Below are positions 9,676 through 21,052 of a stretch of DNA of 26,467 bases, one piece after another. Both the position numbers and the translations under genes were made by a program. Source of the stretch: Tubiluchus corallicola. Its lineage: Eukaryota > Animalia > Priapulida. The notes beneath the pieces were generated by a model, which made no database searches, was not told the origin of the DNA, and saw nothing but the letters and a program-made list of their open reading frames with translations. Location: assembly GCA_030141605.1 (NCBI GenBank), contig JAQGDQ010001760.1, forward strand, positions 1 to 26,467. The letters run 5' to 3'. Every line of letters starts with the position of its first letter. Positions within the stretch are counted from its first letter, which is position 1.

Positions 9676-10200
9676 ACTTTTGGAATACAGACACACAAAC
9701 TCACAACTGTTCTTCAGTGAACTATGTTACTCTTCACGTACGTTGTCAGTTATTAATCAATTAAATATGTAATCAGTATTAAATTTTTTTTAGAAAGAAA
9801 AACTAAATTCATTTTCATTACAACTGTACATAAATATACAAAATAACTTCAATGTAACTACATTACAATCATGTCACATTACATTTTCAGTAATTTTGAA
9901 GAGCATTTTCATTTACACCTGTGTGTTCTGCGTATCGAAAACAAGCACTCAAACTGGATCCTACTGACAGCTTCTACTTGATTGAAATGGCCGTCACAGA
10001 ACTGGAATCTGTCACTCTATCAAGGACAATCGTCGCCACTCTATCAAGGACAATCGTCGGAAATGAGAAATTCTACTGGCACAGCATAGAAAAGCAGAAT
10101 TTTTCTCTGTCACAATTTTGTTGTAACTTTAAAATAAAACACAAAACTATCATTACGAAACGGAAATTACTATAGCACTACACAGTAACAGGTGAGAGTT

Positions 10201-10816
10201 CTACGCTGTCTTATTTCAAATTGTTCGATGTCTAAATTTTACTACGCTGTCTTATTTCAAATTGTTCAACGTCTAAATTTTACTACGCTGTCTTATTTCA
10301 AATTGTTCAACGTCTAAATTTTACTAAGCTGTCTTATTTCAAATTGTTCAACGTCTAAATTTTACTACGCTGTCTTATTTCAAATTGTTCGATGTCTAAA
10401 TTTTACTACGCTGTCTTATTTCAAATTGTTCGATGTCTAAATTTTACTACGCTGTCTTATTTCAAATTGTTCGATGTCTAAATTTTACTACGCTGTCTTA
10501 TTTCAAATTGTTCGACGTCTAAATTTTACTAAGCTGTCTTATTTCAAATTGTTCGACGTCTAAATTTTACTAAGCTGTCTTATTTCAAGATGTTCAACGT
10601 CTAAATTTTACTACGCTGTCTTATTTCAAATTGTTCAACGTCTAAATTTTACTACGCTGTCTTATTTCAAATTGTTCAACGTCTAAATTTTACTACGCTG
10701 TCTTATTTCAAATTGTTCAACGTCTAAATTTTACTACGCTGTCTTATTTCAAATTGTTCAACGTCTAAATTTTACTACGCTGTCTTATTTCAAATTGTTC
10801 AACGTCTAAATTTTAC
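10201..10816. repeat. 41-bp tandem repeat, ~15 copies
   Basis: Unit ctacgctgtcttatttcaaattgttc(a/g)a(c/t)gtctaaatttta. Confidence 0.95.
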
Positions 10817-10962
10817 GCCAGCATTCCTTTCCGGGGGTCTCACTTCTATAACACGCAATAGCAGCTAAAGCTTTCAGCATTAGTTCATTTCATACAAGTG
10901 TAGAAACACGTAATCCCAGATGTGAGATGTATGATGGACATTGCTGGTCTATTTCAGCTCAT

Positions 10963-10968
10963 TTTATT
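10963..10968 (-). promoter_or_regulatory. Candidate polyadenylation signal for PLRG1
   Basis: TTTATT on + is AATAAA on -, ~56 nt after the PLRG1 stop. Confidence 0.5.
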
Positions 10969-11023
10969 CATTTGAATCATCAGCATCTGTCTCTGCCACA
11001 ACAATGTGTATATGAAACACTTT

Positions 11024-11083
11024 CTAGTATCGTCTTTTCTTTATAATTTCTGGTTTCCAAGTGAGAGGATGCGAATCTTCAGT
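11024..11083 (-). CDS. PLRG1: Pleiotropic regulator 1, terminal exon (TEDSHPLTWKPEIIKKRRY*)
   Basis: Acceptor tttgcag|ACT and TAG stop. Matches the PLRG1 C-terminus TEETHPVSWKPEIIKRKRF. Confidence 0.93.
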   Translation of the reverse strand, partial: TEDSHPLTWKPEIIKKRRY

Positions 11084-11180
11084 CTGCAAATAAAACAATG
11101 TTACATAAAAAACCTGAAGCATGGAAGTTCCAATGACACACGTGACTGAGGTCGCCTCCCCCTCCTCAAATGTAACACAG

Positions 11181-11201
11181 TCTGTCTCTCTCTTTCTCTC
11201 C

Positions 11202-11246
<45 letters not shown>

Positions 11247-11301
11247 CCTCTCTCTCTCCCTCTCTCTCTCTCCCTCTCTCTCCCCCCTCTCTCTCTCCCT
11301 C

Positions 11302-11389
<88 letters not shown>

Positions 11390-11434
11390 TCTCTCTATCT
11401 CTCTCTCTCTCTCTCTCTCTCCCTCTCTCTCTCT
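11181..11434. repeat. (CT)n/(GA)n microsatellite
   Basis: Direct inspection. It lies in the last PLRG1 intron. Confidence 0.97.
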
Positions 11435-11460
11435 GTGATACCTATATAACCATAACTTAC

Positions 11461-11654
11461 CGCTGTTTCGTCTTCTTTATATATTTTCACAGTTTTATCA
11501 GCCTCGGCTGTTAGCAACCGACTACCGCTATGGTCAAAGGTCATCGCAAACACCCCAGATTCGCTATCTATTGACCCTGGCTGCACCGGAGCCTGAAAGC
11601 GTTGAAAGTTGTACCCAGTTTTCCAGTCCCAAAAGTGAAGGGTTCCGTTATCAC
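11461..11654 (-). CDS. PLRG1: PLRG1 exon ([18 protein letters not shown]...KIYKEDETA)
   Basis: ttgtag|GT acceptor and GCG|gtaagt donor. 194 nt, phase 1 to 0. WD40 repeats. Confidence 0.95.
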
Positions 11655-11742
11655 CTACAAGAGTGAAGGGCATCCAAAAATGAGTTCTGTTAGAAAACTA
11701 AGGAAATTAGAAAATGTACGTGTCATGTCAATTTATACACAT

Positions 11743-12128
11743 CAGGGGTGTGCAAACTGCGGCCCACGGGCCCCTTGCGCCCCGCCGAGAGGTTTGTCAA
11801 CGTAATGAAAGTGCGGCCAATATCGCAAAGATAGTGCGGGTAGTTTTTTCCTCTAGATCGGATGGCATTAACCCTTACAAGACCGTTATCACTTAGTGTC
11901 ACTGTCGGACATGACGAAATATATGGTTTTTAATATAAATTTTAATAACTTCTAAAATAGTTACTTGAATGTAGTAGTGCAGTAGTAATGATGTGCGCAA
12001 ATCGGATGCAGAAAAAATCGTTATTAAGTCCTACTGTACTTGGCTCCTTGACCAAACCGCATGTGGCCCACAGGAACTGCAAGAATGTTTAATGTGGCCC
12101 GGCTAGTCATATAATTTGCACACCCCTG
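11743..12128. mobile_element. hAT (Charlie-like) MITE
   Basis: TIR CAGGGGTGTGCAAA / TTTGCACACCCCTG and a perfect 8-bp TSD atacacat. Confidence 0.92.
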
Positions 12129-12234
12129 ATACACATGCAATGAAAATTATTTCACAAGAGTTGCAGCTAACGTTGTCGGGTTTCTCTTTACATCAAATTT
12201 TGATAAATCAACGCACACTGATGCAGTCACGTAC

Positions 12235-12374
12235 CTCCCGAAACGAGAACGTTGTCAGAATTGAGCGCAAGACAATTTACTATCGCATTGTGCCCGGAGA
12301 GATTCTGCACGAAATTTCCTTCGGGACACTTCCACTGTTTTATGTTGTCTGGTGAAGCGGAAGCAAACATGTAT
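12235..12374 (-). CDS. PLRG1: PLRG1 exon ([19 protein letters not shown]...VLVSG)
   Basis: tttcag|A acceptor and G|gtacgt donor. 140 nt, phase 2 to 1. Confidence 0.95.
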
Positions 12375-12707
12375 CTGAAACAAATGCAAAAAAGCACAAT
12401 GGAAAACAAACTGACAAATAAACGAAAAATAAATATGACATTTATTTGTTAAATGAAAACCGGGACGATTGTGTAAACATTAGTTCAGTATAAAGAATGC
12501 TCTAAAGTGTTGAAAACTACAAAAGCTTTTTTTAAATCAAGGCTTAGATTAAATATTAATTACCTCGGATACCCAAATTTTGTTTAAGTTTCAAAGCTAC
12601 GCGCAGCTCAGTGAATCTACTAAGATTGGCAGCGTCGCTTTTTGCCACGTTCGCGTGGCCGACAAATATAAGGCGGTACCGTGATAACCATGATCATGAA
12701 TTGCAGT

Positions 12708-12968
12708 GTTAGTTTCTGACGTCATATGACACAGAGCCAATTTTCGTGACATCACGCGTTTAAGCAGTAACACTTGCGCTATAATGCTGGACACGCAAGG
12801 GAAGATGCCTACCATTGCACAAATAGTGGTTAGTTTCTGACGTCATATGATGTAAAGCCCATTTTTCGTGACATCATGCTTTTAAACAGTACTGTAACAC
12901 TTATGCAAATGTGCTTGGTGCGCAAGGGAAGACGTCTGCCATTGCACAAACTGTGGTTAGCTTCTGAC
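12708..12968. repeat. Diverged ~121-127-bp tandem duplication
   Basis: gttagtttctgacgtcatatga...cgcaagggaaga...ccattgcacaaa at 12708 and 12829, with a partial third copy at 12956. Confidence 0.8.
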
Positions 12969-13356
12969 ATAAGCAATAGCTGTGTTCGGTTGCCGTTAAT
13001 TAACTTTCTAAGCTAATTATTCAAATATAAGAAACAATTGCTAACTTTTATAGGCAAGAAAATGTATATTTTGGACAGTAAATTAAAATGAGATTGAGTC
13101 TAAACAATCATCCAGTTTTCCTTTAACTATAATCTAATAACAACTTAAGCAAAATCAGTTTTATACTGGAACACGGGTCTAAACCTTGAGCTGAAAACTC
13201 ACAAAATCAATTACACTTTAAATGCAAAGTACAAACGGATGTACTTATTTATAGAAGACAATGACAAGTTTAGAATACATAATTAATAATTCATTGTAAA
13301 AATCAATATAGGAAAATACACTTGTTACACTAATAGGATTTGACAAATTAGAAATA

Positions 13357-13786
13357 CATTGTTCCCTCACTTATCGCGGGTGTTCCGTTCCAGGCACACC
13401 CTCGATAAGTGAATTTCCGCGAAGTAGGGACGCTATACTTATTTTAGAAGTTATACACTATTTTGAGTCTTTATAAGTCTCCATCAATCAACCAATCGTG
13501 TGTTGCGTACAATCTCACGTCGGCAAGTAGCATCTCAAGCGGGCGCAAGTACTACATTTCGTTTTTGGTGTGTATTCATCCGCCGAATAAATATACTATT
13601 TCCTGCAAGTCTATACATTACTGTACAATACGTACTACGCATGTGCAAAAATACTTTAGACGGAGTACCGCAAAAACCGGCGAAACATCGAAAATACCGC
13701 GCTAAATATTTTACACTAATATTTTTGAAAACCCGCGAAACAGCGAGTCCGCGACAAACGAACCGCGAAGTAGCGAGGGAACACTG
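13357..13786. mobile_element. Tigger/pogo-type MITE
   Basis: TA|cattgttccctcacttatcgcgg ... ccgcgaagtagcgagggaacactg|TA imperfect TIRs. Confidence 0.85.
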
Positions 13787-14057
13787 TATCTTATCTCTTG
13801 ACAAATGAACAGGAAGTTAATTTGTGTCTTTACGCTAACTCAGAGGTACAAATTACATGATTTGTTGCAAAACCATCTTAAATTTAGCAAAAACACATGT
13901 TAAATGCAAAAAGTGACATGATAGTATTCTATTATGTCGCATCTCCATGTTTCTTCAGCCGAGCTGCAGCACAAGCAATTGTAAAAAGTCCTATTTAGTG
14001 CAAAAATAAAAATCAACTGTGTTCTGGTTTTATGCATACAGAATAATGCATAAGTAT

Positions 14058-14544
14058 CAGGGATGAGAATGACAAATTGCAAAAAACTCCGAAACAGGCC
14101 GGGGGGGGGTTGGGGGCCCCCAATGGGATTCAAATTGCAATTTTGTGACCATAGAGAGCCTCTAAGTGGACTTAAAATATCAATTACCTTGTTTCATGCA
14201 TAATTTAAAATACCCAACTATCAAGGATACATGATACCTAATTGTCTCAAAAACGCCTAAGTACTGGCCGCTCCTATTCAAAACTATATAAAAACTGTCT
14301 GCAATTGACTCAAATAACTCTGCACAATTGATTCTATATTTTTATACATAGAGATATACACATGGTTACACTGATGTACGTGATGTAAACAAAGTGACGG
14401 CCTGCCATCTAGCGGTCAGCTTGTGAAATAATATACTGGGTCCGTAAAAATTTTCTCGACGAATTTACGCGATTTACAAAAATGGCACTACTTGTCTTCA
14501 AAAAACTCGGAATTTCGCGTATCCGCGGAAAATTCTCGTTCCTG
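14058..14544. mobile_element. hAT-type MITE (CAGGGATGAGAAT family), copy 1
   Basis: TIR cagggatgagaat / attctcgttcctg. Collinear with 25311-25771. Flanks share aagtat (6 bp). Confidence 0.85.
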
Positions 14545-14704
14545 AAGTATACGGTATAAATCATGTAATACTTGCAGCATTTCGTACATAAAGAATGACA
14601 ATGTACAACAGAGTATTACAAAATGACAGTAACAGTATTTCATACAGCACACAGGCCTACATTTACTGCAGCACATGAACAGTAAAGTTAAAATTAATAC
14701 GTAC

Positions 14705-14916
14705 AAACTCGGATGTATCTGTAACGCCCGAATGCTCTTCTTGTGATTGGTCAATGTTGCTCTTGATTTTCCCGCCGCCACGTCCCACAAGCGCACGGTC
14801 GTGTCGTGACTACCCGTGATAACTTGTGGTTCGACTGCTTGGCATTTCACGGCAGCTACTGTATTTGTGTGACCCACCAATGTGTGCACGCACGCTTTTG
14901 TTCTCATATCCCACAC
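14705..14916 (-). CDS. PLRG1: PLRG1 exon ([18 protein letters not shown]...ALQIHPS)
   Basis: tttag|GTG acceptor and TT|gtacgt donor. 212 nt, phase 0 to 2. Confidence 0.95.
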
Positions 14917-15034
14917 CTAAACAAGCAATCGATTTCAACGAATTTTTAAGAAAGGAAAACGAAGTGAAAAGCAAAAAAATCAAGCGCTGCGGAAGACGGA
15001 AATGAAATACAGCTAAAAAAATTACGATTTACAC

Positions 15035-15290
15035 CAGGGGTGTGCAAATTATCTGACTAGCCGGGCCACATTAAACATTCCTGCAATTCCTGTGAGCCAC
15101 ATGCAGTTTGGTCAAGAAGCCAAGTGCAGTAGGACCTAATAACGATTTTTTTGCATCCGATTTGCGCAGATCATTACCACTGCACTACTACACTCAAGAA
15201 ATTATTTTAGAAGTTATTGAAATTTATATTAAAAACCAAACCTCTTCATGGGCCGCAAGTGGCCCGCGGGCAGCAGTTTGCACACCCCTG
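15035..15290. mobile_element. hAT MITE, same family as 11743-12128, opposite orientation and internally deleted
   Basis: Same TIRs. TSD atttacac / atctacac (7/8). Confidence 0.9.
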
Positions 15291-15524
15291 ATCTACACCG
15301 TTAAACCATCAATTAACGTGTGAAATGCAAATACTAAAGCTGCTTTATTAGACCTGCTAGCGTATAATTTTGATCTGCTAACTGTAAAGTTACGTATTTT
15401 TACAAACCCCGAGCTGACCAAACCCTCTTTAATTTATGATACAGCATTCTTACGGAACATTAAAGGATAATCATTTCAAGATTCAGAGCGGGAAACCACC
15501 ACCTACGAATTGAGACCGGCAGGT

Positions 15525-15954
15525 CACGCAGGGGCGGAACTAGGGGGGGGGGCGGCCCCCTTGTCAAAATTTGCGCCCCCCTGCAAAATCGGACAAATAA
15601 TTTTTTTTGCAGTGAAAATTGCAGTTCGCATGTAATCATTTTCAATATGAATTAGAATTAGGTAAAAAAATGTTTGGTAGCTTCAGTGTATTATTTACTT
15701 AAAACTTGTGTGTGATAAATTTCTGTAAATAACAATTTAGTTAGAGGCACATTAATAACGTTAGGTTAACTGAGAGTTAATTTTCTCATTATTCCTCTGT
15801 CCGCTACGCCGTCCTACACACATGCTAATTATAGGCCTGCATGCAGTATAAAAGGGGTTAAAAATTGGCTTAACCATTATTTAACCACTTCGGATACCTC
15901 ACCCTCCCAGAAAATTTTTGCACCCCCCGCTTGCCACATCTAATTCTGGCCCTG
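15525..15954. mobile_element. MITE with CAGGGGCGGAACTAG / CTAATTCTGGCCCTG ends
   Basis: Imperfect inverted ends (left starts at 15529). Flanking duplication ggcaggt at 15518-15524 and 15955-15961. Confidence 0.75.
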
Positions 15955-16323
15955 GGCAGGTGGAGCAGGACCAGACGGGAAAATAGAACATGTCAGTTTT
16001 GTGATTTGAATGTTGTTCAAACTCTTAATCACGCGGTTTCAGAATGTCCCAAGACTTTATATGCTGACTGTGTTGAACATATCAACTCTTTTATGACACA
16101 ACTTACTGTAAACGAAGCCAAATACTTGCACAAGCTTGATAAAGTTTGTGGAAATAATGATCTTTAATTAATTTTCAACTTCCGTAAATATTCACGATTG
16201 CAATTAACATCGCATTAAGATTATATTTCATGTAATGATGCATCTCACTTGTCAATGGACAAATCGTTTTATATGTTTTTGCTATTTTACTTGGCTGTAG
16301 AAAATGATGAACTTGTCAATAAA

Positions 16324-16381
<58 letters not shown>
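16324..16381. repeat. (CTAT)n microsatellite, probable LINE tail
   Basis: Directly follows AATAAA at 16318-16323. Confidence 0.9.
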
Positions 16382-16382
<1 letters not shown>

Positions 16383-16511
16383 AATATCCAACTATATATA
16401 TATATGAAATAGGATTTAGAAGAAAAAAAAATTCTCATAGTTAATTATCTGTCCACTGAATAGATGACAAAAGCTGTGATAAAAATGGTGACAAATTACA
16501 AGTTTACATAT

Positions 16512-16729
16512 AATAATAATCAAAGAGCTATTATCGCCGACTGTAAATAACAACCTACAACTACATAACAGAGACTATTACTACCCCACTTTTACACTAA
16601 ATACCACGCGTCAGGCAGGGCGACAGCAGCTACCACTTTTAAAGTCTTTGGTATGACCCGGCCGCTGGTTCGAACTCACGACCTCCCAGACGGAAAGCAA
16701 ACGCGTTACCACTAGACTAAACCGTCTGG
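16512..16729 (-). mobile_element. tRNA-derived SINE with Meta-domain-like core
   Basis: A box TAGTCTAGTGG (16709-16719), B box GAGTTCGAACC (16667-16677), core GGGTCATACCAAAGACTTTAAAAGTGGTA, (ATT)n tail, TSD ttacatat (16504 / 16730). Confidence 0.85.
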
Positions 16730-16776
16730 TTACATATGTAGGATGTAAGTAAGAATAAATAGACGAAACAGCATAC

Positions 16777-16878
16777 CCGAGCCGTAGAGTCACGACTACT
16801 TGTTAAAAGTATATCAATCGTTGGATGTATATCAATGGCCTGACAGGCACTCAGATGTCCATGATAATGCCTGATGAC
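16777..16878 (-). CDS. PLRG1: PLRG1 exon ([34 protein letters not shown])
   Basis: ttttag|GTC acceptor and CGG|gtatgc donor. 102 nt, phase 0. Not in the ORF track. Confidence 0.95.
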
Positions 16879-17078
16879 CTAAAACAATATTACACATTAG
16901 AATTATACAACAGCAGATCTGTAATGGAATGAGCAATTAGCCCATAGAGCCAAAAAATTCTATTAAAATTCGTTAATTGCGTAAACGATAAGGAATATAA
17001 AAGTTTGGTAAACCTAAGATATTGCGTCAAAATGCAGATTGAATCAAAATTGGCATCAGACTGATATTTTGATAAATA

Positions 17079-18000
17079 AAAGCGCAGCACACATGAATAC
17101 ATACACTCATACTAGAAGCATAACACACATGAATACATACACTCATACTAGAAGCACAGCACACATGAATACATACACTCATACTAGAACCGCAGCATAC
17201 ATGAATACATACACTCATACTAGAAGCATAACACACATGAATACATACACTCATACTAGAAGCATAACACACATGAATACATACACTCATACTAGAAGCG
17301 CAGCACACATGAATACATACACTCATACTAGAAGTGCAGCACACATGAATACATACACTCATGCTAGAAGCGCAGCACACATGAATACATACACTCATAC
17401 TAGAAGCATAACACACATGAATACATACACTCATACTAGAAGCGCAGCACACATGAATACATACACTCATACTAGAAGCACAGCACACATGAATACATAC
17501 ACTCATGCTAGAAGCATAGCACACATGAATACATACACTCATGCTAGAAGCATAACACACATGAATACATACACTCATACTAGAAGCACAGCACACATGA
17601 ATACATACACTCATGCTAGAAACACAGCACACATGAATACATACACTCATGCTAGAAGCGCAGCACACATGAATACATACACTCATGCTAGAAGTGCAGC
17701 ACACATGAATACATACACTCATACTGGAAGCGAAGCACACATGAATACATACACTCATACTAGAAGCGAAGCACACATGAATACACACACTCATACTAGA
17801 AGCACAACACACATGAATACATACACTCATACTAGAAGCACAGCACACATGAATACATACACTCATGCTAGAAACATAGCACACATGAATACATACACTC
17901 ATACTACAAGCGCAGCACACATGAATACATACACTCATACTAGAAGCATAGCACACATGAATACATACACTCATACTAGAAGCGCAGCACACATGAATAC
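17079..18000. repeat. 36-bp minisatellite, block 1 (~25 copies)
   Basis: Unit acacatgaatacatacactcat(a/g)ctagaagc(gcag/acag/ataa)c. 12-aa periodic ORFs on both strands. Confidence 0.97.
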
Positions 18001-18602
18001 TGTAGCTGACGGAATGTCCAAAAAACAAAACTTCTAATTCCGCATTGGCTTGCTAACGGTTATTTATTCTGTACAAAAAAGATAAATCAACATATTAAAT
18101 CATTTAGGAGTGTATTACAAAAATAAACTGTTCTTAAATAATTTTTCCTAATTTACGTAAACATATTTTGCAATTGCCACAAAATTATTCCACATTTGGT
18201 TCATATAAACAAAAATGATTAAATATCCGACACATTTGTTGGATTTCATATTAAACATAACAATTACATGTATGACTATTAACCATGTAATCACGCAGTA
18301 TCTGACATTGCTGAGTATTACAAATTCACTAGAAGCATCATAAAAAATCAAACTGTGAACTCACGTATATTGGCAGCTCTGGCATTTAAATCTTAAAAGC
18401 ATCCACAAACTGCAAGTCACAAGTCACATTTACTTTCACAAGATCAAATCAGGCTATATTAACAGAATCAAGACAGTGTGACACCTTTACTGTCCTATTC
18501 CTATTGCCTTCTGTATATAGAAAGATGAATCACCTGAGTATTAGTATACAGTCCTAAAGGCCTAAAAGGTGGCAGCACATTACAGTATCATTATCCCCAA
18601 CA
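18001..18602 (-). mobile_element. Candidate solo LTR inserted in the 36-bp minisatellite, copy 1
   Basis: TG...CA ends (tgtagctg...ccccaaca). 5-bp duplication aatac of the repeat unit. Minus-strand AATAAA ~60 nt from its 3' end. Confidence 0.7.
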
Positions 18603-19471
18603 AATACATACACTCATACTAGAAGCACAGCACACATGAATACATACACTCATGCTAGAAGTGCAGCACACATGAATACATACACTCATACTACAAGCGC
18701 AGCACACATGAATACATACACTCATGCTAGAAGCACAGCACACATGAATACATACACTCATACTGGAAGCACAACACACATGAATACATACACTCATACT
18801 AGAAGCGCAGCACACATGAATACATACACTCATACTAGAAGCGCAGCACACATGAATACATACACTCATACTGGAAGCACAACACACATGAATACATACA
18901 CTCATGCTGGAAGCACAGCACATATGAATACATACACTCATACTGGAAGCATAACACACATGAATACATACACTCATACTAGAAGCACAGCACACATGAA
19001 TACATACACTCATGCTAGAAGCATAACACACATGAATACATACACTCATACTAGAAGCATTGCACACATGAATACATACACTCATGCTAGAAACATAGCA
19101 CACATGAATACATACACTCATGCTAGAAGCGCAGCACACATGAATACATACACTCATGCTAGAAGTGCAGCACACATGAATACATACACTCATACTGGAA
19201 GCGAAGCACACATGAATACATACACTCATACTAGAAGCGAAGCACACATGAATACATACACTCATACTAGAAGCATAACACACATGAATACATACACTCA
19301 TACTAGAAGCACAGCACACATGAATACATACACTCATGCTAGAAACACAGCACACATGAATACATACACTCATACTAGAAGCGCAGCACACATGAATACA
19401 TACACTCATACTAGAAGCATAGCACACATGAATACATACACTCATACTAGAAGCGCAGCACACATGAATAC
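18603..19471. repeat. 36-bp minisatellite, block 2 (~24 copies)
   Basis: Same unit as block 1. Confidence 0.97.
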
Positions 19472-20070
19472 TGTAGCTGACGGAATGTCCAAAAAACAAA
19501 ACTTCTAATTCCGCATTGGCTTGCTAACGGTTATTTATTCTGGAGAAAAAAGATAAATCAACATATTAAATCATTTAGGAGTGTATTACAAAAATAAACT
19601 GTTCTTAAATAATTTTTCCTAATTTACGTAAACATATTTTGCAATTGCTACAAAATTATTCCACATTTGGTTCATATAAACAAAAATGATTAAATATCCG
19701 ACACATTTGTTGGATTTCATATTAAACATAACAATTACATTGACTATTAACCATGTAATCACGCAGTATCTGACATTGCTGAGTATTACAAATTCACTAG
19801 AAGCATCATAAAAAATTAAACTGTGAACTCACGTATATTGGCAGCTCTGGCATTTAAATCTTAAAAGCATCCACAAACTGCAAGTCACAAGTCACATTTA
19901 CTTTCACAAGATCAAATCAGGCTATATTAACAGAATCAAGACAGTGTGACACCTTTACTGTCCTATTCCTATTGCCTTCTGTATATAGAAAGATGAATCA
20001 CCTGAGTATTAGTATACAGTCCTAAAGGCCTAAAAGGTGGCAGCACATTACAGTATCATTATCCCCAACA
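19472..20070 (-). mobile_element. Candidate solo LTR, copy 2
   Basis: Near-identical to 18001-18602 (a handful of substitutions and small indels), with the same aatac flanks. Confidence 0.7.
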
Positions 20071-20460
20071 AATACATACACTCATACTGGAAGCACAGCA
20101 CACATGAATACATACACTCATACTAGAAGCGCAGCACACATGAATACATACACTCATGCTAGAAGCGCAGCACACATGAATACATACACTCATACTAGAA
20201 GCACAGCACATATGAATACATACACTCATACTGGAAGCATAACACACATGAATACATACACTCATGCTAGAAGCGCAGCACACATGAATACATACACTCA
20301 TGCTAGAAGCGCAGCACACATGAATACATACACTCATACTAGAAGTGCAGCACACATGAATACATACACTCATACTAGAAGCGCAGCACACATGAATACA
20401 TACACTCATACTAGAAGTGCAGCACACATGAATACATACACTCATACTACAAGCATAACA
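20071..20460. repeat. 36-bp minisatellite, block 3 (~11 copies)
   Basis: Same unit as blocks 1 and 2. Confidence 0.97.
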
Positions 20461-20516
20461 ATGATAATAATAACAGTAACAGTAACAGAATTATTGCACG
20501 ATCAAGTTTTTGGACT

Positions 20517-20598
20517 AGCCTGCGACCCCACGAAAAGTGCTGGGTGACCCAGGTGGGAGCCTGCGACCCCACGAAAAGTGCTGGGTGACGCAGGTGGG
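20517..20598. repeat. 41-bp tandem duplication, GC-rich
   Basis: agcctgcgaccccacgaaaagtgctgggtgac.caggtggg at 20517 and 20558. Confidence 0.9.
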
Positions 20599-20651
20599 GG
20601 TCGCGAACAGACCTACATTCCTGACTAGAGTACTTGACAGAATGACACATT

Positions 20652-20732
20652 CAACACTTCACTTACTTTATTATATTCAAGGTCCCAACACTTCACTTAC
20701 TTTATTATATTCAAGGTCCCAACACTTCACTT
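20652..20732. repeat. 34-bp tandem duplication spanning a PLRG1 exon end and donor site
   Basis: caacacttcacttactttattatattcaaggtcc at 20652 and 20686, with a partial third copy at 20720. Confidence 0.93.
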
Positions 20733-20850
20733 GTTTATCTTCACCACAAGAAAAGAGGTAAGGTTGACGGGGGCTGACTACCAATCCCCTAACTGTGCTC
20801 ACATGACCGGTCAACGACAATTTCAGCTGTCCACTGGCAAGGTCCCAAAT
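20701..20850 (-). CDS. PLRG1: PLRG1 exon ([50 protein letters not shown])
   Basis: ctttctttag|ATT acceptor and AAA|gtaagt donor. 150 nt, phase 0. Not in the ORF track. Confidence 0.96.
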
Positions 20851-21052
20851 CTAAAGAAAGAAACAGATTATTGTAATTTTCACATTCTTTCAAACCCGAG
20901 TGAGTAGGTTTTTTCGGAAACCCATAAATTTCTAAAGTTTAATATTGATGATTTATGCAAAATATTAAGAGCTGTATCAATTTCCAATACATAGCAAAGT
21001 TAATAGATTTAATGGCACAGATACTACAGTGCTTCATACATTTAAATTTGGT

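Larger units (their letters stand above)
15464..16381 (+). mobile_element. 3' remnant of a non-LTR retrotransposon (RTEX-like), interrupted by a MITE
   Basis: RIIISRFRAGNHHLRIETGR (15464-15523) joins WSRTRRENRTCQFC...H....CP (to 16167), a CCHC-type LINE C-terminus. Ends with AATAAA (16318) plus a (TATC)n tail. The 5' limit is uncertain. Confidence 0.75.

Noticed and set aside
11101-11438. RE-rich and SL-rich ORFs
   Set aside because: Translation of the (CT)n microsatellite.
16660-16729. Functional tRNA gene
   Set aside because: A and B boxes are present but there is no proper cloverleaf or T-run terminator; it continues into a SINE core with tail and TSD.
17027-19508. Long ORFs of 290-333 aa on both strands
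   Set aside because: By-product of a stop-free 36-bp unit inside a PLRG1 intron, with no coding evidence.
18001-20070. Genuine TRIM/LARD retroelement carrying satellite cargo
   Set aside because: No primer-binding site or polypurine tract, and both internal junctions also show the aatac duplication, which points to duplication of one insertion.
17079-20460. CRISPR array (36-bp repeat length)
   Set aside because: Units are directly adjacent with only a few recurring variant bases. No unique spacers, no cas genes, eukaryotic intron context.
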